Source: Flavobacteriales bacterium
Lineage (GTDB): Bacteria; Bacteroidota; Bacteroidia; Flavobacteriales; Flavobacteriaceae
Length of the DNA stretch: 64,000 nucleotides
NCBI GenBank assembly: GCA_004213645.1
Contig: SGZF01000003.1
Location: 2,606-66,605 of the forward strand
Direction of reading: 5' to 3'
Part shown: positions 55,183-64,000 of the stretch, one piece after another
Layout: the number at the start of each line of letters is the position of its first letter
Position numbering within the stretch: the stretch's first letter is position 1
Notes under the pieces: model-generated
What the model saw: the letters and a program-made list of their open reading frames with translations, nothing else
The model's database searches: none
Told to the model about the DNA's origin: nothing
Position numbers and translations under genes: made by a program

Positions 55183-56052
55183 CTATTCAATCTTGTGCAT
55201 TAAACTATAAATTTTTAGAATTAAAAGTCCAAAAAGAACACTTGATATTATTAAAAGTAAATTAGTTAAACCTGTTGAAGAAAAAGATAGTCTTATCAAA
55301 ATAGTACAAATAATAAATCCAGTATTTCTCATAATTTGACTGTACCTTTCAGTATATAAAAAAGATAGAAGTAGGATGAATACATCAGCTATTATTAAAA
55401 TAGAAAAAAAAGTGTTGTAAAAGACTTCGTTTACGTAATAAAATGAGCTAGCAAAATTTGAACTCATACCAACAGAATACCAATTATAAATTCCTATAAT
55501 AAATAAAACAACCATTACAGGTATTAAAGCTATACTTATAATCTTTTTTGAATCAATAAATTTATTTATATTTTTTTCAGTTTTTTTATATTGAATTCTA
55601 GATTTAACAAGATTAAATAAATAAATCAAAAAGAAAAGTATCAAAATACATATTAAGTCATAAGTAATTTGAATATTATCAGGATTTTCTAACCAGTTAT
55701 TTGATTCAAGATCAAGTTTAGGAATATCATAAAATATTCTTCTAATAACTATTAATGAAATTATCTCAAACTGCTTTAAAATAGATGTTGTAAATGATCT
55801 GGGTAAATAATAGATCAATAAAAATATTTCATAATATAAAATTATAGAGAATGGAGTGTAAATTGCAGATATAGGATTTGTAAGAAGTAAGCTTTCATTA
55901 CCAATGTTAATAATTGAATAATTGTTGAGTAAAACAAGCGATAAATGGAAAACAAATCCAATAGTTGCTGTCCATATAGTAATGCTTTCAATCTTTTTTC
56001 TGTTTAGTTCAGAAAATATAATATCAAAAGTTCTAGATCCAATTTTAAGCAT
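55183..56052 (-). CDS. Hypothetical integral membrane protein (about 7-8 TM)
   Basis: 289 aa and strongly hydrophobic, with no motif I can assign. It starts 2 nt downstream of the VOC gene stop, and its own stop abuts the folD stop with zero spacing. Confidence 0.6.
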   Translation of the reverse strand: MLKIGSRTFDIIFSELNRKKIESITIWTATIGFVFHLSLVLLNNYSIINIGNESLLLTNPISAIYTPFSIILYYEIFLLIYYLPRSFTTSILKQFEIISLIVIRRIFYDIPKLDLESNNWLENPDNIQITYDLICILILFFLIYLFNLVKSRIQYKKTEKNINKFIDSKKIISIALIPVMVVLFIIGIYNWYSVGMSSNFASSFYYVNEVFYNTFFSILIIADVFILLLSFLYTERYSQIMRNTGFIICTILIRLSFSSTGLTNLLLIISSVLFGLLILKIYSLMHKIE

Positions 56053-56054
56053 AA

Positions 56055-56483
56055 TTATATTTTAGTTGAAAATAACATATTGATGTCTTTAAATGATTTG
56101 AATTCAAGGGCATTACCTGAATTATCATAAAAAAACATTGTTTTTTGTTCACCTGGAAGTCCTTCAAACCTTATATATGGTTCAATAATAAACTGAATTT
56201 TATTTTGATTTAATGAATTTGCAAACTTATCAAAATCATTCCAGGGAATAACAACTCCAAAATGAGGAATTGGAACAGATTTACCATCTACTTCATTATG
56301 ATGAGACTTACCTTTATGATTTGGGTCAACATGAATAACTAATTGATGTCCAAAAAAATCATAATCTGCCCATTCACTCGATTCTCTACCTGGTTTGCAT
56401 CCTAAAATATTATGATAAAAATTTTTAGATTCAGATAAATCTTTGACTGGAATTGCAAGATGAAAAGGAGATAATTTTGTCAT
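56055..56483 (-). CDS. VOC (glyoxalase/bleomycin-resistance/dioxygenase) family protein
   Basis: I chose the start at MTKLSPFHLAIPVKDLSESKNFYHNILG (142 aa), which avoids overlap with the upstream gene. PHFGV and NALEFK elements fit the VOC fold. Confidence 0.75.
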   Translation of the reverse strand: MTKLSPFHLAIPVKDLSESKNFYHNILGCKPGRESSEWADYDFFGHQLVIHVDPNHKGKSHHNEVDGKSVPIPHFGVVIPWNDFDKFANSLNQNKIQFIIEPYIRFEGLPGEQKTMFFYDNSGNALEFKSFKDINMLFSTKI

Positions 56484-56490
56484 AACTTTT

Positions 56491-57666
56491 TCAATATAAT
56501 AAATATTTTTCTCTAATTTTTTTAAACTTTTCAAGATCATTGTTCCAAGAATTTCTAATTTCTGATTCACTTAGACCATCTATTATTTGTTTTTTAAGAT
56601 TAGAGGACCCTGATAATTTATCAAAATCACTTCTAAAAAAATTATTTTTATCAATAATCTGGTTATATGATTTGATTAACCATTTGAGCTCAATCTTTTT
56701 TTTTGTTCTATAAATTCTAAGATCTTCACCACTTGATTTTACTCCATTTAATTTAGGAAATTGACTTCCAAAATTTGGTCTAGGGATGAAGCTAAAGCTC
56801 CCTTCAAAGTCTGGATGACCATAGACTTGAAATTGATTTTTTGTTCCTCTACCAACACTTACCTCAGTCTTTTCAAGAAAGGCAAGACTTGGGTATAGAT
56901 ATATTGATTGGAGGTTTGGTAGATTTGGTGAAGGTCTAATTGGAGGTTCATATCTTGAGTTATGATTGTAATTCTCAATTTTAATTACTTCTAAATCAAC
57001 TATTAAATTATTTTCTAACCATCTCTCTCCATTAATCATTTGCCCGTATTCCCCAATGGTCATTCCATAAACAATAGGAACTGGATGTAATCCAATAAAA
57101 CTTTTATTATTATCCTCTAGAATGGGACCATCTATATAAAATGAGTTTGGGTTTGGCCTGTCAAGTATCAGTAGTTTTTTATTTGTTCTGGAAGCTGCTT
57201 CCATAGCGTAATGAAGAGTTGACAAATACGTATAAAATCTTACACCTACATCTTGTATGTCAAATATTAATATATCAATATCATTAATATCTGAATCATT
57301 AACCTTTCTATTTTTTCCATAAAGTGAAATAACTTCAATTGATTTATATAATCCATTTTCAATTTTTTCACCATCATCTTTATCTCCAAGAAATCCATGT
57401 TCTGGGCTAAATATCTTTACTACATTTATGCCCTTATCTAACAATGTGTCAATTAAATGGATGTTTTTATTTTTGGTCCTAATAACACTTGTATTATTTG
57501 CAATAACTGCAACTTTCTTATTGATTAACTTATCAATATATAGATCAAACCTTTCAGATCCAGGTATTATATCTTGAGAATATATGTTGGGAATTATTAT
57601 AAAAGCCAGTGCAAATAAAAGTGTATTTTTGGATAAAATATTTAATTTGAATTTGCCTTTTTTCAT
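56491..57666 (-). CDS. DUF1343 family protein (NamZ-like exo-beta-N-acetylmuramidase family)
   Basis: Signal peptide. KKVAVIANNTSV, FSPEHGF, SLYG, FDIQDVGVRFYTY, LDRPNP, YGMTIGE. Confidence 0.85.
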   Translation of the reverse strand: MKKGKFKLNILSKNTLLFALAFIIIPNIYSQDIIPGSERFDLYIDKLINKKVAVIANNTSVIRTKNKNIHLIDTLLDKGINVVKIFSPEHGFLGDKDDGEKIENGLYKSIEVISLYGKNRKVNDSDINDIDILIFDIQDVGVRFYTYLSTLHYAMEAASRTNKKLLILDRPNPNSFYIDGPILEDNNKSFIGLHPVPIVYGMTIGEYGQMINGERWLENNLIVDLEVIKIENYNHNSRYEPPIRPSPNLPNLQSIYLYPSLAFLEKTEVSVGRGTKNQFQVYGHPDFEGSFSFIPRPNFGSQFPKLNGVKSSGEDLRIYRTKKKIELKWLIKSYNQIIDKNNFFRSDFDKLSGSSNLKKQIIDGLSESEIRNSWNNDLEKFKKIREKYLLY

Positions 57667-58882
57667 ATATCAAAAGTTAAGATCTAGTAATGATAAAAGT
57701 AATATATCATCTCGTATAATAAAAATAGCAATTACCTCTGTCTTTCTTGGTGTATTTATATCACTTTCAGCTATTTCAATTGGTAAAGGACTTCAGTTGG
57801 CTATAAAAGATAAATTATATAGTTTAAGTGAGGATATAATAATATCTACATATGAAAATAATTCAAGAGGAATTTTATCACAAAAAATATTTAACATTGA
57901 AGATGTTAATATGGAAATTCAAAATAAATATCCAGATTTACAACTTTCATATTCTATTGAAAAACCATCATTAATTTCAAATGAAAATTCATTTGAATCT
58001 ATAGTATTCAGGGGTTTCGACAATAACTATAACTTTGAAAATTTAAATAAATTTATTCTTGGATCAAGAATTCAATCTAGTTTATCAAATAAAGAGATAA
58101 TTATTTCAAAATCTTTATCTGATAAACTTAAAGTTAATGTTGGTGAATATCTATCTCTTTATTTCCAAACAAGAAAAAATCAAAAAATTCCAAATATTAG
58201 GTCTTATAAAGTGTTGGATATTTTTAAAACTGACTTTCCAGATTTCGATAATAATTATATTATAGGTAGTGCTGAATCACTGCAGAATATTTATAGTTGG
58301 AAAGAAAATGAATTTGCATCAATTAATATTTCAGTTTATGATAATTCAAAAATACCTATAACGGAAGAATCTTTATCTAAATTAAAATCAATTGAAAAAA
58401 ACAATCTTTCAGTTAAAACAGTTGAATCGAAATATCAAAATATATTTAGTTGGATTTCAATCTTTGATTTTAATATTATAATAATTACAATTCTAATGAT
58501 TTTAGTGGCAATAATTAGTGTTATTATTTCATTGTTCATATTCATTTTTGAAAAGATTAAAATGATAGGAATATTAACTTCTTTGGGTTTAACCAATAAT
58601 TCTCTTAGAGAAATATTTATTTATCTGGGTATTGATATTATTCTAAAAGGCATGATTCCTGCTAATATTCTATTTTTTTTAGTTTCAGTAATTCAAAATA
58701 ATTTTAAAATTATAAAGCTAGATCCAAATGATTACTACATAAATTCTGTGCCATTTAGTATTGATTTAGTATATATAATTTCTTTAAATTCATCATTTAT
58801 AATAACTAGTTTAATAATTTTATACTTTACTTTTGTATCAATTACTAAGTATACTCCATCATTCAATATAAATTCTAAATGA
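57647..58882 (+). CDS. FtsX-like ABC transporter permease (LolE-like); start uncertain
   Basis: The N-terminus (M)NLPFFIYQKLRSS...SSRIIKIAITSVFLG resembles the conserved LolC/E start and needs TTG 57647 or 57653. ATG 57584 is the alternative. The C-terminal FtsX 3-TM bundle is present. Confidence 0.75.
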   Translation: MNLPFFIYQKLRSSNDKSNISSRIIKIAITSVFLGVFISLSAISIGKGLQLAIKDKLYSLSEDIIISTYENNSRGILSQKIFNIEDVNMEIQNKYPDLQLSYSIEKPSLISNENSFESIVFRGFDNNYNFENLNKFILGSRIQSSLSNKEIIISKSLSDKLKVNVGEYLSLYFQTRKNQKIPNIRSYKVLDIFKTDFPDFDNNYIIGSAESLQNIYSWKENEFASINISVYDNSKIPITEESLSKLKSIEKNNLSVKTVESKYQNIFSWISIFDFNIIIITILMILVAIISVIISLFIFIFEKIKMIGILTSLGLTNNSLREIFIYLGIDIILKGMIPANILFFLVSVIQNNFKIIKLDPNDYYINSVPFSIDLVYIISLNSSFIITSLIILYFTFVSITKYTPSFNINSK

Positions 58883-59856
58883 AATATTTTAAAAATATCC
58901 TTGAAACTATTGGAAACACACCATTAATTAAATTGAATAAAATTGTCAAATCAATAAATGCGGATGTTTATGTTAAGGTAGAAAGTTTTAATCCTGGTAA
59001 TTCAGTGAAGGATAGGATGGCTTTAAAGATGATTGAGGATGCTGAAAAAGAAAATAAATTATTACCTGGAGGAACAATTGTTGAGGGTACTTCAGGAAAT
59101 ACAGGCATGGGATTAGCTTTGGCTGCTATTGTTAAAGGCTATAAATTAATATGTGTTTCAAATGATAAACAATCAAAAGAAAAATTTGATGTTTTGAGAG
59201 CCATGGGGGCAAAGGTTATTGTCTGTCCTACAAATGTGGAGGCAAGCGATCCGAGATCTTATTACTCTGTTTCAAGAAGAATATCTGAAGAAACAGAAAA
59301 TTCTTGGTATGTGAACCAGTATGATAACCCATCAAATTCAATCGCTCATTATGAATCAACAGGGCCAGAAATTTGGAAACAAACGGATGGTAAAATAGAC
59401 CACTTTGTAGTTGGTGTTGGAACTGGAGGAACCATTTCTGGTGTAGGAAAGTTTTTAAAGGAAAAGAAACCTAACATAAAAATATGGGGCATTGACACTT
59501 ACGGATCTGTTTTTAAAAAATATCATGAAACAGGAATCTTTGATGAAAAAGAAATCTATCCCTATTCCACTGAAGGTATTGGAGAAGATATTCTTCCAAA
59601 AAATGTTGATTTTAGTGTAATTGATCATTTTGAGAAAGTTACAGACAAAGATGCTGCACTTTATACAAGAAAGTTGGCAAGAGAAGAAGGTATCTTTGCT
59701 GGAAATTCTTGTGGAGCTGCAATTGCTGGAGTTATTCAGTTAAAAAACAATTTTAAAGAAAATGAAGTTGTGGTAGCACTTCTCCATGATTCTGGAAGTA
59801 GATACATTGGAAAAATTTATAATGATGAATGGATGAAAGAAAAAGGGTTTATTTAA
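58879..59856 (+). CDS. PLP-dependent cysteine synthase / cystathionine beta-synthase family protein
   Basis: TIGNTPLIKL, PLP-lysine motif NPGNSVKDRMAL, GTSGNTG, GVGTGGTISG. Confidence 0.88.
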   Translation: MKYFKNILETIGNTPLIKLNKIVKSINADVYVKVESFNPGNSVKDRMALKMIEDAEKENKLLPGGTIVEGTSGNTGMGLALAAIVKGYKLICVSNDKQSKEKFDVLRAMGAKVIVCPTNVEASDPRSYYSVSRRISEETENSWYVNQYDNPSNSIAHYESTGPEIWKQTDGKIDHFVVGVGTGGTISGVGKFLKEKKPNIKIWGIDTYGSVFKKYHETGIFDEKEIYPYSTEGIGEDILPKNVDFSVIDHFEKVTDKDAALYTRKLAREEGIFAGNSCGAAIAGVIQLKNNFKENEVVVALLHDSGSRYIGKIYNDEWMKEKGFI

Positions 59857-61193
59857 TCTCTAAAAGTTCCTTTAGGAAATGAAACTAGACTCTCGAATCC
59901 CTTTGAATTGACTGTTGAAATTCCAAAAATAAAATTATCAATAACAATCCCATCAAGAGTATAATTATTTAATTTACCTAATAACCTACTATTATCCCAG
60001 GTTGATGAGGTAGTTTCACGCCAATAAATTTTATATCCGCTAATTGAGTCATCATCAGGATGATCCCATCTAAATTTAACACTAGGTTCAACAATGCCTC
60101 CAATTTTTAGATTTTTAGGAGGTTTAGGAGAGGACGCTATTGTTGCTAATGAAATCACATTTACTGCTGTTAGTTTTGCAGCATAATTAAAATCTACTCC
60201 TGATATTACATCACCATAATTTATTCCATTTTCAACTCTAATATCATTATGTTGTCTATTATAGTTTTCATGAGCTTCCATAATCCTAATTCCTGCAATA
60301 CCTTCATCATTAAATGGTCTATGGTGACCACCTCTGCCAAATCGATCTAATCTGTAGATCATAATTGGGTTCAATTCAGGCATATATTGTTTAACGGTTT
60401 TATGAACATGTCTTGCGAGTTGTCTAGAATCTCCATCATTTTCTCCACCACCAGTTCTCATGTTAAGTTCGGTAGAATATTTTGAGTTGAAAAAAAATGG
60501 TTCTGAAAAAATTCTAAAACTCCTGTTATCAATTACACCATCTACACCTTCAATGTTTCCAATCATATCATTATTAAGTATGCCAATAACGTCCCATCCA
60601 TTTTTTTTAGCATATTTAGCTAAACTTTGCCCTCCAAATAATCCTTGTTCTTCTCCGCTTAATCCAACATAAATAATACTATTATCAAATTTATATTTTG
60701 TTAAAATTCTTGCAGCTTCTATAGTGCCAGCCATTCCGCTTGCATTATCATTAGCTCCTGGTGAATCATCTTTATAGTTTAGAGGATCTGAAATTCTAGA
60801 ATCAATATCACCACTCATTATAATAAACCTATTGGGATTTTTTATACCTCTTTGAATTGCAACAACATTATAAATCCATGTTGGAAAAACAATTCTATCA
60901 CCTTTTGTTACATAACTTTTTTCATAAAAAACTTCCAAACATTTATTGCATTCACTTGAAATTGTTTCAAATTCCTTTTTAATCCATCTTCGTGCAGCTC
61001 CTATTCCTCTTTTATCTGAAATTGTATCGCTTAGGGTATGTCTGGTCCCAAAGGATACTAGTTTTGTAATATCCTTCTCTATTCTTTCTGATGAAACTTC
61101 ATCAATAATATTATATATCATTGAATCTTGAGCAAACAAATTTGATTGCCCGACCATAAGAAAAAGTGTGATTATAAGGTATAATTTACTCAC
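59853..61193 (-). CDS. M28 family zinc peptidase with a C-terminal fibronectin type III-like domain
   Basis: GTG start and a signal peptide. PGANDNASGMAGTIEAARIL, GLSGEEQGLFGG. C-terminal end PPKNLKIGG...FRWDHP...GYKIYWRE. Confidence 0.82.
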   Translation of the reverse strand: MSKLYLIITLFLMVGQSNLFAQDSMIYNIIDEVSSERIEKDITKLVSFGTRHTLSDTISDKRGIGAARRWIKKEFETISSECNKCLEVFYEKSYVTKGDRIVFPTWIYNVVAIQRGIKNPNRFIIMSGDIDSRISDPLNYKDDSPGANDNASGMAGTIEAARILTKYKFDNSIIYVGLSGEEQGLFGGQSLAKYAKKNGWDVIGILNNDMIGNIEGVDGVIDNRSFRIFSEPFFFNSKYSTELNMRTGGGENDGDSRQLARHVHKTVKQYMPELNPIMIYRLDRFGRGGHHRPFNDEGIAGIRIMEAHENYNRQHNDIRVENGINYGDVISGVDFNYAAKLTAVNVISLATIASSPKPPKNLKIGGIVEPSVKFRWDHPDDDSISGYKIYWRETTSSTWDNSRLLGKLNNYTLDGIVIDNFIFGISTVNSKGFESLVSFPKGTFRD

Positions 61194-62983
61194 TAGAAAC
61201 AGTATTTATTTTCTGAAATTAGTTTATTGGCAATTTTAGTTTTTAAATCAAACACATTAGGATTTTCAGAATAATGTAATTTTTCAGTAATTGATGAGTA
61301 AAGATCATCTTGGTCAGCGCTATTTATTATACTATTTATAACATCTCTTGATTTTTTTTGAACAATTTGACTAGCCTCATATATATATAATCTTGTCATA
61401 TTTGTTTGATCAGATTGATCTTCCGTTGATGTTCTTTCAATATTTTTAATAGTCCTTTTTAAAGTAGATTCAGATAGGTAAGCCTCAATTGCAATATCAG
61501 ATAGACTAAGAAGTACCTGTTGATTTTTATCTATTTCTGGTCCATACTTTTCAAAAGCTTTTCCTAAAAGTAAAAGAAAGATATTTTTAAAATTTTCAAC
61601 TAAATTGATCTCATCATTCAGTACATCTGATTTTTCAATTATTGATAATGGTTTGTTACTAATTATATCCTGATAAGGTGTCATAATGTCAAGACTTCCC
61701 TTCATAGCTTTCTTTAAAAGCATACCTATAATAAGCATTCTGTTTATTTCATTAGTTCCCTCATAAATTCTTCCAATTCTAGCATCTCTCCATGCACTCT
61801 CAATTGGGGCTTCAGCAGAGAATCCCATTCCACCGAAGATTTGTACACCTTCGTCTGCACATATTTGCATATCTTCTGAGATAGCCACTTTTAAAATTGA
61901 ACATTCTAATGCAAATTCTTCAACTCCCTTAAGTTCCGATTCTTGCTTACTTAAGCCACTAGACTGATATTCGTCTATCTTAGACTGAACATCGCTAGCT
62001 GCTCTATAACATGCAGACTCCCCTGCATAGCAAGATGTAGCCATTGATGCTAATTTTTCTTTTATAGCTCCAAAATTTGAAATAGGTTGTTTGAATTGGA
62101 TTCTGTTATTAGCATAATCTGTAGATATAGAGATAGATCTTCTTTGACCATCTAAGTTTCCTGCTCCTAGTTTTATTCTTCCTACATTAAGTGCATTCAT
62201 AGCAATTTTAAAACCACCATTTCTCTCACCAAGAAGGTTTTCAACTGGTACTCTAGTTTCAGTAAAAAATACTTGTCTGGTTGAGGAAGAATGAATACCA
62301 AGTTTTTTTTCTTCTTCTCCTAATTTTATTCCATTATTAGATTCGTTTGGGACAATGAAGGCAGTTATATTCTTATCGTTTTCAATTCTTGCAAATACTA
62401 TAAAAATTTCAGCAAATCCAGCATTTGAAATCCACATTTTTTGTCCTGAAATTTTGTAATGCGATCCATCTTCACTAAGAACTGCTTTTGTTTTTCCAGA
62501 ATTAGCATCTGAACCTGCAGTGGGTTCAGTTAAACAATAAGATCCAAACCATTCACCAGAAGCAAGTTTAGGCAAGTATTTTTGTTTTTGTTCTTCATTT
62601 CCAAATAAATAGATCGGTAGAATTGCAATCCCAGTATGAGCTCCATAAGCTGTAGCAACAGAACCTGATGTTCCAGAAACATAATCAACTGCAAGCATAG
62701 TAGATACAAAGTCCATTCCCATACCTCCATATTTTTCTTCAAGAGAAACTCCTAATAATCCAAGTTCTCCAATTTTTTTCATAGCTTGGACAGTTAAATC
62801 ATAATTTTTTTCTTCATATTTCATTTTATCTGGCCAAATTTCTCTGTCCATAAAATCAACTATAGTTTGTTTCATCATTAGTTGTTCTTCTGAGAAATCT
62901 TCAGGGGTAAAAATTTCATTTGAAAGGGATTCTTTTAAGAGGAACTCTCCACCATTAAGCTTTAATTTATTTTCCGTAGGCAT
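61193..62983 (-). CDS. Acyl-CoA dehydrogenase, long (~600 aa) form
   Basis: CLTEPTAGSDA, KMWISNAGFAE, QIFGGMGF, RIYEGTNEI. Confidence 0.9.
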   Translation of the reverse strand: MPTENKLKLNGGEFLLKESLSNEIFTPEDFSEEQLMMKQTIVDFMDREIWPDKMKYEEKNYDLTVQAMKKIGELGLLGVSLEEKYGGMGMDFVSTMLAVDYVSGTSGSVATAYGAHTGIAILPIYLFGNEEQKQKYLPKLASGEWFGSYCLTEPTAGSDANSGKTKAVLSEDGSHYKISGQKMWISNAGFAEIFIVFARIENDKNITAFIVPNESNNGIKLGEEEKKLGIHSSSTRQVFFTETRVPVENLLGERNGGFKIAMNALNVGRIKLGAGNLDGQRRSISISTDYANNRIQFKQPISNFGAIKEKLASMATSCYAGESACYRAASDVQSKIDEYQSSGLSKQESELKGVEEFALECSILKVAISEDMQICADEGVQIFGGMGFSAEAPIESAWRDARIGRIYEGTNEINRMLIIGMLLKKAMKGSLDIMTPYQDIISNKPLSIIEKSDVLNDEINLVENFKNIFLLLLGKAFEKYGPEIDKNQQVLLSLSDIAIEAYLSESTLKRTIKNIERTSTEDQSDQTNMTRLYIYEASQIVQKKSRDVINSIINSADQDDLYSSITEKLHYSENPNVFDLKTKIANKLISENKYCF

Positions 62984-63147
62984 TTTTTTATTTTTAAAAA
63001 TAAATTTCGTTTTTTTAATATTTATACATTTAAAATATTATTAATTTTTACAACAGTCAAAATTGATTTAAAATTATAAATTATTAATATTCAATAGTAT
63101 ATTATAAAATAATAGCTATTTCTAGACAATAAAAATTCAATTAAAAT

Positions 63148-64000
63148 TTAAACGGTTTTATTTATTAACCATTCATAGCTATTATTGAACACTTTTACCC
63201 ATGGTGAGTATAAATCGTCTCTATCTTGGGGATAGTATGCCCAATTATGAGGGTATAATGATCTTTCTATATGAGGCATCATAACAAGATGTCTTCCATT
63301 ATTAGAAACTAACATTGCAGTATTAAAATTTGAACCATTTGGATTACTAGGGTATGAATCATATGAATACTTTCCTGAAATTGAGTATCTATTTTCATCG
63401 TATGGTAAGACAAACTTACCTTCTCCATGTGCAGACCATACTCCTAATCTTGATCCTTCAAGGTTCTTTAACATTATAGATGGAGATTCTTTTATATCAA
63501 CAGTTGAGAAAACACATTCAAATTTATTAGAATCATTATAAGTCATCTTTGGCTTTTTAGAATGATCTTCATTAATAAGTCCAAGTTCAATAAATAGTTG
63601 ACACCCATTACATACGCCTAAAGACATTGTATCTTCTCTATTAAAAAAATCATCTATAGATTTTTTTGCAATTGGATTATGAAGAAAAGATCCTGCCCAA
63701 CCTTTAGCTGATCCAAGAACGTCGGAATTTGAAAAGCCACCAACTGCAACTAATAAATTAATATCCTGAAGATTTTCTTTACCAGATATGATATCAGTCA
63801 TATGAATATCTTTAACATTAAAACCAGCTAAAGACATCATAAAAGCCATTTCTCTTTCCGAGTTGCTGCCTTTTTCTCTAATAACTGCAGCATTAACTTT
63901 ATTAGCTAATAGATTAGAATTGTTGTTTCCGTCAAATCCACTTGGGAATTTATATACAAGAGGTTGATTTTTATAGTTATTAAACCTTTCAATTGCTTTA
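63148..64000 (-). CDS. purL: Phosphoribosylformylglycinamidine synthase, C-terminal glutamine amidotransferase domain (5' end beyond the window)
   Basis: I translated 63999 down to 63850 by hand and found it open (...AAVIREKGSNSEREMAFMMSLAGFNVKDIHMTD), so the listed Met is internal. GVCNGCQ nucleophile elbow and MMPHIER are present. Confidence 0.9.
   Translation of the reverse strand, partial: KAIERFNNYKNQPLVYKFPSGFDGNNNSNLLANKVNAAVIREKGSNSEREMAFMMSLAGFNVKDIHMTDIISGKENLQDINLLVAVGGFSNSDVLGSAKGWAGSFLHNPIAKKSIDDFFNREDTMSLGVCNGCQLFIELGLINEDHSKKPKMTYNDSNKFECVFSTVDIKESPSIMLKNLEGSRLGVWSAHGEGKFVLPYDENRYSISGKYSYDSYPSNPNGSNFNTAMLVSNNGRHLVMMPHIERSLYPHNWAYYPQDRDDLYSPWVKVFNNSYEWLINKTV

Noticed and set aside
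62984-63147. The 164-nt spacer between purL and the acyl-CoA dehydrogenase gene (and the 175-nt spacer at 8134-8308) as a hiding place for an ncRNA, tRNA or small ORF.
   Set aside because: Both are almost pure A/T, with no stable stem-loops, no tRNA-like GC-rich arms and no ORF of meaningful length. They most likely hold promoter regions only.

Overview
This 64-kb window looks like core chromosome from a very AT-rich, highly compact Bacteroidota (Flavobacteriia-like) genome using the standard genetic code. The lineage call rests on gene order (rpmB-rpmG-DUF4295, fusA directly followed by rpsJ, secY directly followed by infA), on TAnnTTTG promoter-like boxes, and on the absence of Shine-Dalgarno sequences. 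Content runs in this order: the 3' end of rpoB and rpoC; idi and queD; assorted housekeeping genes (htpG, recR, a 2-oxoacid dehydrogenase E2, guaA, pyrG, yidC, mnmA, bshC); and an uninterrupted str-S10-spc-alpha ribosomal block of 32 genes from rpsL to rplQ (30406-46899). After that come carA, eno, gltA and argS; a divergent proteorhodopsin/blh (retinal synthase) pair; folD; a tight NamZ-like/VOC/8-TM membrane gene trio; an FtsX-type permease; a cysteine synthase-like gene; an M28 peptidase; an acyl-CoA dehydrogenase; and the 3' end of purL. I found no rRNA, tRNA, CRISPR array, transposase, integrase or recognisable defence gene. By hand tally only about 1.4 kb is non-coding. I do not see convincing evidence for a new multi-gene system. 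The items most worth a second look are the light-harvesting pair, a near-perfect 30-bp tandem repeat that adds an acidic tail to the DUF4295 protein, a conserved 172-aa protein I cannot place, the NamZ-VOC-membrane trio, divergent genes with overlapping 5' ends, and a GC-rich hairpin over the pyrG start codon.
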